Counted from the stretch's first letter, positions 19,510 through 33,765 are shown. The stretch is DNA of 64,000 nt from Armatimonadota bacterium (GCA_025062195.1 JANXAS010000006.1:13072-77071); one strand, 5' to 3'. Translations and numbers: made by a program. Notes: a model not told the origin generated them from the sequence alone.

Positions 19510-20769
19510 ATGGATAGGGTGCGAGTTGCTGCTGTGGGTGCAGGTGGCATATTTCGCGGCGCACATCTTCCGTCATATCCGCAAATACACGAGGCTAAGC
19601 TTGTTGCGCTTTGCGACATAAGCGAGGCAAGCTTGACGGAATCACTCCACGCCGCAAGAAGGATTTATGAGAGACAAGCAGAGCAGCTAAAAGAGTCAGG
19701 CAGGGGTGATATTGCGGAGCAGCTGCTAAAAGATGTTGAGGAGCTAAAGCTATACCGGGATTACGACCGGATGCTGCAAGAGATAAAGCCAGACATTGTG
19801 GACATATGCACGATGCCAGATACGCACGCCAAGGTCGCGATTGCCTCTTTAAAGTCCGGCGCTCATGTGATGTGCGAAAAGCCTATGGCGAGGACATGGC
19901 TTGAATGCGCCGAAGTTATTGAAGCCGTTGAGGAGAGCGGGCGGTTCTATCAACACAACGAGAACTGGATTTACGACCCGCTATACCACACGCTTCGCAG
20001 GCTTGTTCAAATGGGTGCATTTGGCGAATTGCAACTTGTCTTCATAAGCTGTGCGCACCAAGGTCCGGAGAACAGGACTGCATTTTGGGATCCGATGATT
20101 AACGGTGGCGGAGCAATGGTTGATATGGCTGTGCATGCATTTACTACGGCATGGTTCCTTGCCGGGTTCAACATGAAGCCAGTTTGGGTTAAGGCTGCTG
20201 AGCCAAACGGCATATGCATCAAGATACGAGAGAGAATTATTGCCAACACGCCAAGGAACATCGAGGTTGAAGATGATGCACATATACTTGTGCATTTTGA
20301 GGAGCCAAATAGCGGCAAGTGGTCTAATGCGCATGTTGAGGGTTCGTGGAGTGGCAAAGACGCAATTGACGGATTGTTTATAGGCACGCAAGCTGTGGCT
20401 CGCTGCAAATTCGTTGACGGCAGACCACAAATTGAGCTTACAGACACCTTTGGCAAACAGCATTTGGTTGAGGCTATCGGTCCAAACTGGACACATTGGC
20501 CTTCAAGCTTTTACGGCGAAATAAGGACGATGATTGAGTGCGTGCTCCAAAACAGAAAGCCACCTTGCGACCACATAATTGGCGCTGACACACAAGCTGC
20601 GATGGGCGCTGCATACCTCTCGCAACTTGAGGGCATGAGGAAAGTGACACTTGAGGAATACAAGGAGTGGGCTTTGAGCATAAAGAGGAAAGCTAAGAGA
20701 AATGCAAGCGAAGCGCTCATCCGTGAGCAACTGAAGGCGTTGAAGGTTGGTTTGGGGCAGGGCACATAA
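19510..20769 (+). CDS. Gfo/Idh/MocA-family oxidoreductase
   Basis: N-terminal Rossmann motif VRVAAVGAGGIFRGAHLPSY and the EKP motif (VMCEKPMA). Confidence 0.85.
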   Translation: MDRVRVAAVGAGGIFRGAHLPSYPQIHEAKLVALCDISEASLTESLHAARRIYERQAEQLKESGRGDIAEQLLKDVEELKLYRDYDRMLQEIKPDIVDICTMPDTHAKVAIASLKSGAHVMCEKPMARTWLECAEVIEAVEESGRFYQHNENWIYDPLYHTLRRLVQMGAFGELQLVFISCAHQGPENRTAFWDPMINGGGAMVDMAVHAFTTAWFLAGFNMKPVWVKAAEPNGICIKIRERIIANTPRNIEVEDDAHILVHFEEPNSGKWSNAHVEGSWSGKDAIDGLFIGTQAVARCKFVDGRPQIELTDTFGKQHLVEAIGPNWTHWPSSFYGEIRTMIECVLQNRKPPCDHIIGADTQAAMGAAYLSQLEGMRKVTLEEYKEWALSIKRKAKRNASEALIREQLKALKVGLGQGT

Positions 20770-20771
20770 CC

Positions 20772-21980
20772 ATGAAGGGCGACATAAAAGAGGCGGTCAT
20801 ACTTTGCGCTGGGCGCTCAACAAGAACATACCCGATGACACTGCGCAAGCCGAAGCCGATGCTCAAGATAGCCAATAGGAGGATAATTGAGCATTTGCTT
20901 ATGCAACTTCAAGGGTTAGTTGAGCGAGTTGTGATCGTCATCGGCTTTGAAGGGCAGCAGCTGGTCAGAGCACTTGGGAAGCGATTTAACGATGTGCAAA
21001 TCACATATGTTGAGCAAAAGGAACAGCGCGGCACCGGCGATGCACTCCTAACGGCTCAAAATCACCTCTCGGAGAGATTCCTCATGCTTAACGGTGATGA
21101 CTTACTCAAGCGAGCGGCAATTGAATTGCTCCTGCGGCACGAGTTATGTGTGCTTGCCTCGCCTCACCCACAACCTTGGCGATTTGGAGTGCTCATGACT
21201 GAAGGCGAGTTCGTGAAAGCAATATTGGAAAAGCCAAAGGACGCACCACCAAACAGCATTGTGAGCACCGGCGCATATGCTCTCACGGGCGCTGTGTTTG
21301 AAATGCTGAGGCGTATCCAACCGATTGATGGAAGAGAGGTCATGTTCACTGACATCATTCCGATGCTATCAAGCTTGGGTCTGAGATACGAAGTCACAAA
21401 CGATGGCTGGATGCCGGTCACATACCCGTGGGATATTTTGCTTTGCACCGATTGGCTCATGAGCGAAATGTATGGGCGCAACATAGGCGGGCACATCGGG
21501 AGCAATGTGAAACTCATCGGTCCGATTGAGATGGGCAGCAATTGCTATGTGGGCAGCGGCGCAATCATTCACGGTCCGTGCAAGCTTGGCGATTCAGTGA
21601 ACATCGGTGAGAGAACCATAGTTCGCTCATGCGCCATCGGCGACAATGTGACTATTGGGCACGGCTGCGAACTAAACGGATGCGTCATTTACGACGGCGC
21701 ACGCATCGGTAACAATGTTCGCCTGAAAAGGTCAGTGGTTGGTGATGGTGTGAAAATCTGCGATGGTGTCTCAACATTGTCAGAAACTGAATCCGGCGTG
21801 ACTGTCACATCGGTCATTAAGGGAGAAGCTGTTGATACGGGTTTGAAAGAAGTGGGTGCCTTCATTGGTGATGGAGCATTTATCGGCGAGGGATGCAAAT
21901 TGATGGCTGGTGTTAAAGTTTGGGCAGAGGCTTATATACCACCATACTGCACGGTTGAAGCAGATGTGATTGAAGGATGA
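20772..21980 (+). CDS. Sugar-phosphate nucleotidyltransferase with C-terminal left-handed beta-helix (GlmU/RmlA-like)
   Basis: AVILCAGRSTRTYPMTLRKPKPML is the G-x-G-T-R-type NTP-transferase signature. The C-terminal third consists of hexapeptide repeats (IGDNVTIGHGCELNGCVIYDGARIGNNV...). Confidence 0.75.
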   Translation: MKGDIKEAVILCAGRSTRTYPMTLRKPKPMLKIANRRIIEHLLMQLQGLVERVVIVIGFEGQQLVRALGKRFNDVQITYVEQKEQRGTGDALLTAQNHLSERFLMLNGDDLLKRAAIELLLRHELCVLASPHPQPWRFGVLMTEGEFVKAILEKPKDAPPNSIVSTGAYALTGAVFEMLRRIQPIDGREVMFTDIIPMLSSLGLRYEVTNDGWMPVTYPWDILLCTDWLMSEMYGRNIGGHIGSNVKLIGPIEMGSNCYVGSGAIIHGPCKLGDSVNIGERTIVRSCAIGDNVTIGHGCELNGCVIYDGARIGNNVRLKRSVVGDGVKICDGVSTLSETESGVTVTSVIKGEAVDTGLKEVGAFIGDGAFIGEGCKLMAGVKVWAEAYIPPYCTVEADVIEG

Positions 21981-22759
21981 TTGACACTCACGCCCACCTG
22001 AACCACCCGATGTTCTACAGCGACTTTCCGGAGGTTATCAAGCGCTCCTCTGATCTCGGTCTTCAAGCCATCATCAACATCGGTTATGACTTGCACTCAA
22101 GCGAGCTCGCCATTAAGCAGGCACTCGCCTTTAGTGGCTTCATATGGGCAAGCGTTGGCATTCACCCGCATCATGCAAGTTCATTCACAAAGGGAATATT
22201 TGAGAGGCTGTATGAACTTGCGGCGCACTATTCCGTGGTCGCAATAGGCGAATCCGGCTTGGACTTTTACCGCAACCTATCACCTAAGGATGCTCAACTA
22301 AGTGCATTTGAGGCACAAATTGAAATTGCGTGTGAACTCGGGAAGCCACTCATCGTGCACATGCGAAATGCTTCAGAGGATACAATACGCATCCTGAACC
22401 GATATACAAACCGTCTGAGAGGAGTTGTAGTGCATTGCTTTGATGGCAATGAGCAACTCGCAATGAGATTGATTGAAATCGGATGCCACATAGGCATTGC
22501 TGGGAATGTCACTTACAAGGGTGCAGAGAGCTTGCGCTGTGTTGCCCGTTCAATCCCGATTGATAGGCTCTTGCTTGAGACCGACTCGCCGTATCTCGCA
22601 CCGGTGCCGCACAGGGGGAAAAGGAATGAACCATCATACCTAAAGCATGTGGCTGAGCGCATCGCAGTGCTGCGCGAAGTAACGATGGATGAGTTGATAG
22701 GGGCGACGGTAAGGAATGCTGTCAACCTTTTCAAATTGCCGATTGCCACGCAGCTTTGA
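21977..22759 (+). CDS. tatD: TatD-family metal-dependent hydrolase
   Basis: Motifs MIDTHAHL, GESGLDFY, VVHCF and ETDSPYLAP are present. It overlaps the upstream gene by 4 nt. Confidence 0.9.
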   Translation: MIDTHAHLNHPMFYSDFPEVIKRSSDLGLQAIINIGYDLHSSELAIKQALAFSGFIWASVGIHPHHASSFTKGIFERLYELAAHYSVVAIGESGLDFYRNLSPKDAQLSAFEAQIEIACELGKPLIVHMRNASEDTIRILNRYTNRLRGVVVHCFDGNEQLAMRLIEIGCHIGIAGNVTYKGAESLRCVARSIPIDRLLLETDSPYLAPVPHRGKRNEPSYLKHVAERIAVLREVTMDELIGATVRNAVNLFKLPIATQL

Positions 22760-23061
22760 ATCCGACACCTTGCCATCGTCAGAAGCTGCGCGGTTGAATG
22801 CAGGGAAGGCTGCTAACACCCTAAAGAAACCAAAATAACATGACTGCTGCGCGGATCACGAAGCGACAAAACTTTCACCATGTAGCGTGGCTGCTTCTGG
22901 GCGTCGGAATTTAAACGCTCATAGCTGACAAGCCACGGCACTGCAAATTTTGCATAAGCTGCCCTATTGATGGTTTCTCTTGAAATCAAACTCATCGCTG
23001 CTCCTGAAGGTGAAAACACAGAGCGTTATTGCAGCAGGGGCTAAAATGATGGGAGCGAAAA

Positions 23062-24303
23062 TCAAGCCGGTCGCATGTTGCGTTCCTTCCTTTTCGACAT
23101 CAAATCAACATTCTTCAGCATCTCAATGGAGGCTTCCGTCAGGTAAAAGCCCCTCTCTCGGAGGGTTTTTGCTGGGTCTCTCATGAGCTTCACCCTGAAG
23201 ACGGGGTCTTCAGCGCTGAGCATGAAAACCTGCTCAAGTTGAATTTCGTCAAGCTGCTGTATAGCTGCTTTGGCTGGTTCGGCGAAGATACCATTTGGCT
23301 CCATTGACAGGACTCGTTGATATTCACGCATTGCGCTCGCATATGCTCCCTTCTGATGATAAAGTGTGGCGAGCCTGAACCTTGTGAATGTATCCATTGG
23401 GGCGATGTGCACAAGCCGAGTCAGCGCCTGTATAGCTTCATCCAGATTGCCCATTTGAAGGTGGGCAAAGGCGAGCATGTCAAGCAGCAGAGGTTCATCT
23501 GGTGAATGGCGCAGGGCTTTACTGCAGCATTCAACTACCCTGCTGTAGTTGCCCAACTCCATATACAATTCGGAGAGCACTATGTTTATGCTCTCATCGT
23601 CAGTTTCGGCTGCAGCACTCTCAAGGATTTCCACAGCCTTCCCGAGTTCGCCAAATTCGTGATACAGTTCAGCAGCCTTCAATTTCAGCTCCACATCAGC
23701 TACGCCCTTTGAGAGAGCCTTAATGATAATGCTGAGTGCCTCCTCTCTTTTCCCGATGCGCCTCAGTATTTCGGAGAGCAAAAGGTATGCCTCTGGCAAT
23801 GTGTCATTTTTTGCCAACGCAATCATGCAACATTCCTTTGCGAGAGCGTATTCCCTCACCTCAAACGCTATCTTTGCGAGCCTTAACATTGCCCCGGCAT
23901 CATCCCTGTATCCTCTCATTGCGCGCTTTACATCCATAATCGCCTCATCACGGCGCTCCAAAGAGGCGAGTATTTGAGCCCTAAGCAAATTGCAGAATGG
24001 ATTGCGCCTGAAATTCGCGCAGGCTGTATTCGCATATGTGAGTGCCTCTTCATAGCGCTGCAGTGCACTCAATGCGCGCACCAAGCTGGTCAAGATGCTC
24101 AACCACAACTCCTTCAACTGCCTGTCAGCTCTCCTCACCGAGATGAACTCACTTGCTATCTCATGGGCATCATGAAGCTCTCTCAAAGCCCCCTCGTATT
24201 CACCCTTTGATAGGAGCTGCGCGGCGTTGCTTAGGTGTTGCTCAATATCCTTTATCGGACTGCTCCTTCCGCGCATCACACCTTTACCCTCCGATTCTTC
24301 CAA
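23062..24303 (-). CDS. TPR-repeat protein, 413 aa
   Basis: Repeated TPR-like helices throughout. The last ~60 aa (AEDPVFRVKLMRDPAKTLRERGFYLTEASIEMLKN) weakly resemble an NHLP/Nif11-like helical module; that resemblance is tentative. Confidence 0.7.
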   Translation of the reverse strand: MEESEGKGVMRGRSSPIKDIEQHLSNAAQLLSKGEYEGALRELHDAHEIASEFISVRRADRQLKELWLSILTSLVRALSALQRYEEALTYANTACANFRRNPFCNLLRAQILASLERRDEAIMDVKRAMRGYRDDAGAMLRLAKIAFEVREYALAKECCMIALAKNDTLPEAYLLLSEILRRIGKREEALSIIIKALSKGVADVELKLKAAELYHEFGELGKAVEILESAAAETDDESINIVLSELYMELGNYSRVVECCSKALRHSPDEPLLLDMLAFAHLQMGNLDEAIQALTRLVHIAPMDTFTRFRLATLYHQKGAYASAMREYQRVLSMEPNGIFAEPAKAAIQQLDEIQLEQVFMLSAEDPVFRVKLMRDPAKTLRERGFYLTEASIEMLKNVDLMSKRKERNMRPA

Positions 24304-24309
24304 ACCTGC

Positions 24310-26181
24310 TTAATTTGCGGGAGAAGATTGGCTGCTCTGAGCCTGCGCCGCAACTTGCTGCGGCTGCCATCCGGGACGCATCTCCATGATAATCTGGTCA
24401 ATCTCGTCCCCGGTTATGCTCTCCTTCTCCATCAGGCGCCTAACAATTTGCTCAAGTATGTCTCTGTTGTCCTCAAGCAACCTTTTTGCGCGCTCGTAGC
24501 ATTCGCTTATAATCTTTTTGACCTCCCTATCAATCTCGTTAGCCATTGCCTCGCTGTAGTTCCTGTCCTCAACCAAGTCCCTGCCGAGGAATATCGGACC
24601 TGTTCTTCTCCCGAGCGTCATCGGTCCGAGGGTTGACATACCAAATTCACAGACCATCTTTCTCACCATCTCAGTGGCATGCTCAAGATCATTTTGAGCG
24701 CCGGTCGTCGCCTCACCGAACACCGTCTCTTCCGCAACTCTGCCGGCAAGCAGACTGGTTACTTGATCAAGCAGCTCATTCCTCGTCCAAAGATGCTTAT
24801 CCTCCCACGGAAATTGAAGTGTGTATCCGAGGGCAAGACCGCGAGGTATAACAGTCACCTTGCGAACTTGCTGACCATGGGGCAAAAGCTTTGAGACAAG
24901 CGCGTGCCCAGCTTCATGATATGCTAATATCCGCTTCTCCCTATCGCTCAACCTCCTGCTCTTTCTTTCAGGCCCTGCAGCTACCTTCTCAAGCGCCTCC
25001 TCAAAATCAGCCATGCTTATCTTGTCCTTGCCTTTCCTTGCAGCGAGTATTGCAGCCTCGTTCACCATGTTTGCCAAATCAGCACCGGAAAAGCCGGGTG
25101 TCAACTTGGCGAGCACCTCAAAGTCAACATCGTTTTCAAGCGGCTTGCCGCGAGCGTGAACTTTAAGTATTTGCTTCCTTGCGTCTGCATCCGGATAATC
25201 AACGACGACTCGTCTGTCAAAACGCCCGGGACGAAGCAAAGCTGGGTCAAGCACATCCGGTCTGTTTGTAGCAGCCATGAGCACAATTCCAGTGTTAGGG
25301 TCAAAGCCATCCATCTCAACGAGGAGTTGGTTGAGCGTTTGCTCTCGCTCATCGTGCCCGCCACCCAAGCCGGCAAACCTCAACCTGCCAACAGCATCAA
25401 GCTCATCAATGAAGATAATGCACGGCTTTAATGCCTTAGCCTGTTCAAACAGGTCTCTCACCCTTGCAGCGCCAACACCAACAAACATCTCAACGAACTC
25501 AGAACCACTTGCATGTATGAACGGGACATCAGCTTCACCTGCAACAGCTCTTGCAAGCAGCGTCTTACCGCACCCGGGCGGACCAAGAAGCAATATGCCC
25601 TTTGGCATATTAGCGCCAAGTGCCTGAAACCTTTGCGGGTTCTTGAGGAACTCAATTACCTCTCGCAGTTCCTCCTTTGCCTCGTCACACCCAGCAACAT
25701 CTTCAAATGTGACTCGCTGCTGCCCTCTCATGTATCTCTTTGCCCTGCTGCGTCCGAACGATAGCGCCTGGTTGCTTGTTTGAGTCATTTGGCGGAGCAA
25801 GAACCAAATGATCCCAAACATGAATAACACCATCACAATGAACATAAGCACATTGCCAGCATTCCCCCATGATGGGCGCCTCCTGAAATGCACCTTCACA
25901 TCGTGCTTTTCAAGCAGGTTCAGCAGGGTCGGCAAGACATTCTCCGGGGGAAGTTGCACCCTGAACTTCCCGCGCTTGGACTTAAACACACCGAAAGCTT
26001 GGTCGCCAGAAATTGTCACCTCAGCAATCTCGCCCGAACTGATAGCTGAACGAAATTCAGTATAGGAGAGTTCAACCGTTTGGAAGCCCGGCAGACGACC
26101 AATCTGCGCAAGGAAGCTCAGCCCAAATGCTATAAGAGTTAGCATGAGCAACAGCCTTAACATGCGAGCCATAATCGCCAT
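24310..26181 (-). CDS. ftsH: ATP-dependent zinc metalloprotease FtsH
   Basis: Two N-terminal TMs, Walker [19 protein letters not shown], Walker [10 protein letters not shown] and the zinc site HEAGHALV. Confidence 0.95.
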   Translation of the reverse strand: MAIMARMLRLLLMLTLIAFGLSFLAQIGRLPGFQTVELSYTEFRSAISSGEIAEVTISGDQAFGVFKSKRGKFRVQLPPENVLPTLLNLLEKHDVKVHFRRRPSWGNAGNVLMFIVMVLFMFGIIWFLLRQMTQTSNQALSFGRSRAKRYMRGQQRVTFEDVAGCDEAKEELREVIEFLKNPQRFQALGANMPKGILLLGPPGCGKTLLARAVAGEADVPFIHASGSEFVEMFVGVGAARVRDLFEQAKALKPCIIFIDELDAVGRLRFAGLGGGHDEREQTLNQLLVEMDGFDPNTGIVLMAATNRPDVLDPALLRPGRFDRRVVVDYPDADARKQILKVHARGKPLENDVDFEVLAKLTPGFSGADLANMVNEAAILAARKGKDKISMADFEEALEKVAAGPERKSRRLSDREKRILAYHEAGHALVSKLLPHGQQVRKVTVIPRGLALGYTLQFPWEDKHLWTRNELLDQVTSLLAGRVAEETVFGEATTGAQNDLEHATEMVRKMVCEFGMSTLGPMTLGRRTGPIFLGRDLVEDRNYSEAMANEIDREVKKIISECYERAKRLLEDNRDILEQIVRRLMEKESITGDEIDQIIMEMRPGWQPQQVAAQAQSSQSSPAN

Positions 26182-26304
26182 ACCTCACATAAGTATTCAG
26201 AACAAAACAATTCAAAGCTCGCCTCAAAGCAGCATCACAAATTGCGAGCGTCATCTCAGTATTATACTTAACCCATCACTCAAGTATGCCACTAAAGTCC
26301 AAAT

Positions 26305-27432
26305 TCAATCCCTCTGCTTTAGATGCTGACCTATATTCCCCGGTTTAAACAGCGCCACTGAATCGCCCTCAATCAAAAGCGTGCATTTTGAGGGCATTGT
26401 AAGCATAGCGCGGTCGCTGCGCCTATTTATCAAATCCACAGCCCTGTCAATGTGCTCCATCGTCAAGATAAAGTTCTCACCCTGAAGCCTCTGCCAAAGT
26501 GCCCTTATCATGCGCCTCTGTATGGCAATGTGCTGTGAAAGGAAGCGCCCCCGTGAAATGCGAACATAGCCATCGCCATAATCAATGAGAGCTTCGTCCA
26601 AAGCAGCCTGCGTTATTGATTCAAGCAACTCATTATCGGCGCGCAGCAGTTCAACCATACGAAAAACCGCTGTATCAGCATCCTGATACAACCTCTCCTT
26701 AAGAAGCGGTAAAAGCTGCAGCCGAATGAAGTTGCGCCTTATCGTCGGATCAAGGTTTGTGGTGTCAACCCTTATTGGGAGGCGATTCACCTTGCAATAG
26801 ACATTCGTCTCGGAGCGCCTGCAAAACATCATTGGGCGTATGAACAAACCATCGCTCACTGGCGGGATGCCCAAAAGACCATTTAATCCAGTCCCACGAA
26901 AGATATTCAGCAAGACCGTCTCAATGACATCATCGGCAGTGTGCCCAAGGGCAACCCTATTAAAGCCGAGTTCGTTGCATAGCGAGCGTAGAAACTCATA
27001 CCTGACAGCCCTGCCAGCCTGCTCAATTGACATGCCCATCTCCCTTGCCACCGAACGCACATCAACGGTGTGTATGGTGCAGGGCAGCGAGAACGATTTT
27101 GAAAGCTCGCAAACAAATTGCGCATCCATGTCTGCCTCCTCGCCGCGCAGCTTATGATTGATATGCGCAATGTGCAATTTATATCCATGCGATTGCGATA
27201 GAACAATCATCACATGCATCATCGCCACAGAATCAGCCCCGCCGGAAACAGCGAGCACAACGCCATTACCATCATTCAGCATTCCAAAGCGCCTTATAGC
27301 TATCTCAGCTTTTGCGACGACCGCCATCGGAGCCGGTATGTATTCCCACTCATTCAACCCTTCAACAACAGCGCATGGCATGTCACAAATGCTAAATGGC
27401 TCTTTAAGGGCTTTATCTAATCTGCCTTTCAC
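26305..27432 (-). CDS. tilS: tRNA(Ile)-lysidine synthase
   Basis: PP-loop VLAVSGGADSVAMMHV and HINHKLRGEEAD are present. It shows the classic tilS-ftsH adjacency. Confidence 0.85.
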   Translation of the reverse strand: MKGRLDKALKEPFSICDMPCAVVEGLNEWEYIPAPMAVVAKAEIAIRRFGMLNDGNGVVLAVSGGADSVAMMHVMIVLSQSHGYKLHIAHINHKLRGEEADMDAQFVCELSKSFSLPCTIHTVDVRSVAREMGMSIEQAGRAVRYEFLRSLCNELGFNRVALGHTADDVIETVLLNIFRGTGLNGLLGIPPVSDGLFIRPMMFCRRSETNVYCKVNRLPIRVDTTNLDPTIRRNFIRLQLLPLLKERLYQDADTAVFRMVELLRADNELLESITQAALDEALIDYGDGYVRISRGRFLSQHIAIQRRMIRALWQRLQGENFILTMEHIDRAVDLINRRSDRAMLTMPSKCTLLIEGDSVALFKPGNIGQHLKQRD

Positions 27433-27696
27433 CGCTGTTCACCTGCCATGCTGCGATAATTATTCCAAAATCTCGCGGCAGTTTGGGACAAATGGTATCT
27501 CATACGCCCGCAATTTAAACGGGACGAAAAGCCCTCACTATGCGGCGTTGCCACTTCTGCGGCGAAATTTAAAAGACCGCCAATGAACAAGCCACGAACC
27601 TGCATGGGTTGGATATTGCCTTAATCTTTGAAAGTGGCGGCGCACCATTTTTGGAATGGTGTAAGATAAGCCCTGTCCACGAGTGAGCGGATGGAG

Positions 27697-28575
27697 CTAT
27701 TCAAACCGAGATGAAAGATGAAATGCACGCTTTGAAAAAAATTCGCTATGGCGTTCCCTCAGCCTGAGCACATATGCGTATGGCACGGCGATATCACCAA
27801 GCCTAACAGAGACATTACTCTCACTGTGGAAGTCAGTCCCGCCGGTGATGATTAAACCGAAGTTCGCTGCCAATTTAACGAGCCGTTCGCTATCCGCCTT
27901 TGAAAGGCGCGGATGAAATGCTTCAATGCCATCGGCACCACATTTGACAACTTCACAAACCAACTCCAAGTTGCCCAAGTCGCACGGGTGTGCCAAAACA
28001 GCCAATCCCTTCGCGCGATGAATCAACCTTATGGCGTCATAGCAGCTGATGCGCTTCCTCGGGACATATGCTGGGGCGGCGTCCCTTAAATACCGTTGGA
28101 AAGCATCTAAATAATCTTCGGCATAGCCCAACTGGACAAGCGCCCTTGCAACATGCGGACGACCGATCGCCTCCCCGTGAGCCTGCGAGAGCACATCCTC
28201 AACCGTTATTCGTATGCCGAGTTGATTCAGCCTTGCAACAATCTTGAACAAACGCTTCATGCGTTCCCTGCGCATCTCGGTGAGCGCATCAATCAACTCA
28301 CTTGAAGTGTGGTCAATTAGGTAGCCGAGCATATGCACTTCAACACCTCTATACTCTGATGTGATCTCAACACCGGGGATAACCTCAACATCATACTTGC
28401 CGCTGGATGTAAGCTCAACAGCCTCGGGGATGGCATCAATGGAATCGTGGTCAGTTATTGAGATTGCATTTATGCTGCGCTCATGTGCCATGCGCAGGAG
28501 TGCTTCCACGCTGTGCGAGCCATCAGAATGAGATGAGTGAACATGCAAATCCGCAAAGCCGTTTTCTCCAGCCAT
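27697..28575 (-). CDS. PHP-domain phosphoesterase
   Basis: Motifs ADLHVHSSHSDGS, ISITDHDSIDA and GGTDFHS are present. Confidence 0.8.
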   Translation of the reverse strand: MAGENGFADLHVHSSHSDGSHSVEALLRMAHERSINAISITDHDSIDAIPEAVELTSSGKYDVEVIPGVEITSEYRGVEVHMLGYLIDHTSSELIDALTEMRRERMKRLFKIVARLNQLGIRITVEDVLSQAHGEAIGRPHVARALVQLGYAEDYLDAFQRYLRDAAPAYVPRKRISCYDAIRLIHRAKGLAVLAHPCDLGNLELVCEVVKCGADGIEAFHPRLSKADSERLVKLAANFGLIITGGTDFHSESNVSVRLGDIAVPYAYVLRLRERHSEFFSKRAFHLSSRFE

Positions 28576-28936
28576 GTTCCCAGTTCCCCCTAATGCCGTA
28601 TGCGAAGGATGGTAAGGGCATTTGAGAGAGAGTCCTCATTGGCGAGGGCATGGCTCAAGCATGCTCGCAACAAGGCGCAAAGCAAGACGCTCATCAAGAA
28701 AGCAAATGGCGCCATTGCGCCATCGCCCCGCAGCTTGATATGAACCACGCATGCCAGGACGCACGCACCACATCAATTAAGGCAGCATCTAACATATTCG
28801 TAGCTCAATCCCTTAAAGACGCAAAGGACGGTAAGGACATCTTGACGAAGGTTTTCATTGGCAAGGTGCCCATACAGCATTTCTTGCGCCCTTACCACAC
28901 ATCCAAAATTTTGCTAACCGCTGCTCGGGCATTCAA

Positions 28937-31081
28937 TTAAGCCTCGGTGAGCAAAATGCGCGCGTCAAGGACTGTAGCACCCTCTCCCCTCTGAAAGACC
29001 ATTAACGGATTGACATCCAGCTCCTCAATATCTTCGCAATCAAGCGCCAGCTGAGACAGCCTGCATATGCACTCAACTATCGCATCTATGTCCGAAGGTG
29101 GTTGTCCCCTGTAACCCTCAAGTATTGCTGCTGAGCGAACGCTCCTTATCATCCTCAATGCATCCAATTCCCTAACCGGCGCAACCCTAAATGTCACATC
29201 CTTAAGCACTTCAACATAAACGCCGCCAAGACCAAACATCAGCATTGGTCCAAACAGTTGGTCCCTCTTCATTCCGATAATAGTCTCAATGCCCTTTGTC
29301 GCCATCTTCTGAATTAAAACGCCGTCAATTCTCGCCCCGGGACACCTCTCACTTACCTGTTGCATCATTCTATCAAATGCCTCAATGACGGAGCGCTCAT
29401 CGCCCAAGTTCAAGATAACACCGCCAACATCAAACTTATGCACTATGTCCGGGGAGAGTATCTTCATCGCCACCGGAAAGCCGATCTCACAAGCTACTTT
29501 GGCAGCCTCTTCTCGTGTGCTTGCTATGCCCCAGGGTATCAAAGGGAAGTTGTATGCCTCAAGTATGCTCAATGCCTCATCTTCGCGCAACATCCTCCTT
29601 TTGGAAGCTCTAACGGCTTGGATTATCTCTTTGGCACGCTCAACATTAACATCAGTGAATACCTTCACCTCTGTTCTTGGGCGAGTGAGCCACTTGACGA
29701 AGTTATACATTGCGCTGAGCGCCCTTACGGCTTGTTCTGGAAAGCTGTAATGCGGGATTCCGTTTTCGTTAAGAACTTTAACTCCCGGAGAGACATCATA
29801 CCAACCCATGAAGGTTGCCACAATGGGTTTGCCATCCGCTTTTGAGATGCGCACTATCGCCTTTGCCACTTCCTCAACATCCGTCATAGCCTGCGGGGTT
29901 AGCAGGACGGATATCATGTCCACATTCGGGTCCTTCATAACCATTCCGAGGGCAAGTTCGTAGCGGTCATGCTGGGCATCTCCGATCAGGTCAATTGGGT
30001 TGTGCACAGATGCTGCGGGCGGAAGAGAACTCTTCAACTTACTCCTCGTGGTCTCCGTCAGGTTGGCAAGCTCAAGACCGTAGCGCATGCATGCATCTGC
30101 AGCCATTATTGCTGGACCACCGGCATTCGTGACTATAGCCAACCTTGGTCCGTTTGGCAGCGGCTGGTTGACAAACGCCTCAGCATAATCAAAGAGTTCC
30201 TCAACCGATTCAACCCTTAGCACACCAGCTTGTGCGAGTATTGCTTCATATACTTCGTCGCTTCCCGATAGAGCACCCGTGTGCGATGATGCAGCCCTTG
30301 CACCGGCTGGCGTCCTTCCGGCTTTGATAGCAAGTATTGGTTTTGGTTGGGGCAGCTCGCTGGTTATCACACGCGCAACTTCAAAGAACCTGCGCCCACT
30401 TGTAAGCTCCTCAAGATACATCAAGATGACACTCGTCTGAGGGTCTTCGGCGAGAGCCACAAGTATATCAGACTCATCAACATCGGCTTTGTTGCCCATG
30501 CTCACTATCTTTGAAAAACCGATGTTCTGTCCGCGAGCGTAATCAAGGACAGCCGTGCAAAGAGCGCCGCTTTGAGAGATGAAAGCGATTCGCCCAGCCT
30601 GCGGCATCCTTCCGGCAAAGCTCGCATTCATTGAGACAGCTGGGTCAGTGTTTATCACGCCAAGACAATTTGGTCCGATGAGGGCAATGCCATAATTGTC
30701 AGCGATCTCCTTAATTCGCCTTTCGCGCTCAATTCCTTCCCCGCCTATCTCTTTGAAGCCAGCTGAAATTACAATGGCGCCTTTAACACCCTTACGCCCA
30801 CACTCATCCAACACCTGCGGAACTATTGGCGCTGGCACAACTATGACAGCCAAATCAACATCGCCGGGAACTTCCATTATGCTTGGGTAAGCCTTCACGC
30901 TGAGTATGAAATCAGCCCTCGGGTTAACCGGGTAAAGCACACCACGATAACCGCCCATCAATATGTTGCGAAAGATTGACTGCCCAACGCTGTTTGGATC
31001 CCTTGAAGCACCTATGACTGCAATTGAGTGCGGGCAAAACACAGGCTTCAGATCTTTTCTCGGCTTGAGAGCGCTCATCAT
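28937..31081 (-). CDS. ADP-forming acetyl/acyl-CoA synthetase (fused alpha-beta, acetate--CoA ligase family)
   Basis: CoA-binding N-terminus SIAVIGASRDPNSVG, a succinyl-CoA-synthetase-like ligase region and a C-terminal ATP-grasp (VAMKILSPDIVHKFDVGGV). The start is trimmed to the ATG at 31081 to avoid overlap with the upstream ABC gene; 31126 and 31189 are also possible. Confidence 0.85.
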   Translation of the reverse strand: MMSALKPRKDLKPVFCPHSIAVIGASRDPNSVGQSIFRNILMGGYRGVLYPVNPRADFILSVKAYPSIMEVPGDVDLAVIVVPAPIVPQVLDECGRKGVKGAIVISAGFKEIGGEGIERERRIKEIADNYGIALIGPNCLGVINTDPAVSMNASFAGRMPQAGRIAFISQSGALCTAVLDYARGQNIGFSKIVSMGNKADVDESDILVALAEDPQTSVILMYLEELTSGRRFFEVARVITSELPQPKPILAIKAGRTPAGARAASSHTGALSGSDEVYEAILAQAGVLRVESVEELFDYAEAFVNQPLPNGPRLAIVTNAGGPAIMAADACMRYGLELANLTETTRSKLKSSLPPAASVHNPIDLIGDAQHDRYELALGMVMKDPNVDMISVLLTPQAMTDVEEVAKAIVRISKADGKPIVATFMGWYDVSPGVKVLNENGIPHYSFPEQAVRALSAMYNFVKWLTRPRTEVKVFTDVNVERAKEIIQAVRASKRRMLREDEALSILEAYNFPLIPWGIASTREEAAKVACEIGFPVAMKILSPDIVHKFDVGGVILNLGDERSVIEAFDRMMQQVSERCPGARIDGVLIQKMATKGIETIIGMKRDQLFGPMLMFGLGGVYVEVLKDVTFRVAPVRELDALRMIRSVRSAAILEGYRGQPPSDIDAIVECICRLSQLALDCEDIEELDVNPLMVFQRGEGATVLDARILLTEA

Positions 31082-31158
31082 ATTCCAAACGCACCTCCAT
31101 TTGGCACCGTGAATTAAATGTCCCATTTGCGATGCACCAATGACACTTGCATCGCTGA

Positions 31159-33761
<2,603 letters not shown>

Positions 33762-33765
<4 letters not shown>

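Noticed and set aside
22813-23019. 68-aa minus-strand ORF in the convergent tatD/TPR spacer
   Set aside because: I recognise no family. It has a GTG start and lies in a spacer that also contains weak, degenerate matches to the repeat-family arms (GCTGCGCGGTTG). The evidence is insufficient in either direction.
28576-28936. Possible decayed sigma-70 region-4 fragment on the minus strand (…FKGLSYEYV… then, after a frame change, …IDVVRASWHAW…), and the 96-aa plus-strand ORF 28650..28940
   Set aside because: The similarity to GLSYEEIA..LGI..GTVKSRLHRAR is weak and requires a frameshift. The plus-strand ORF has no motifs. I leave the 361-nt spacer unannotated.
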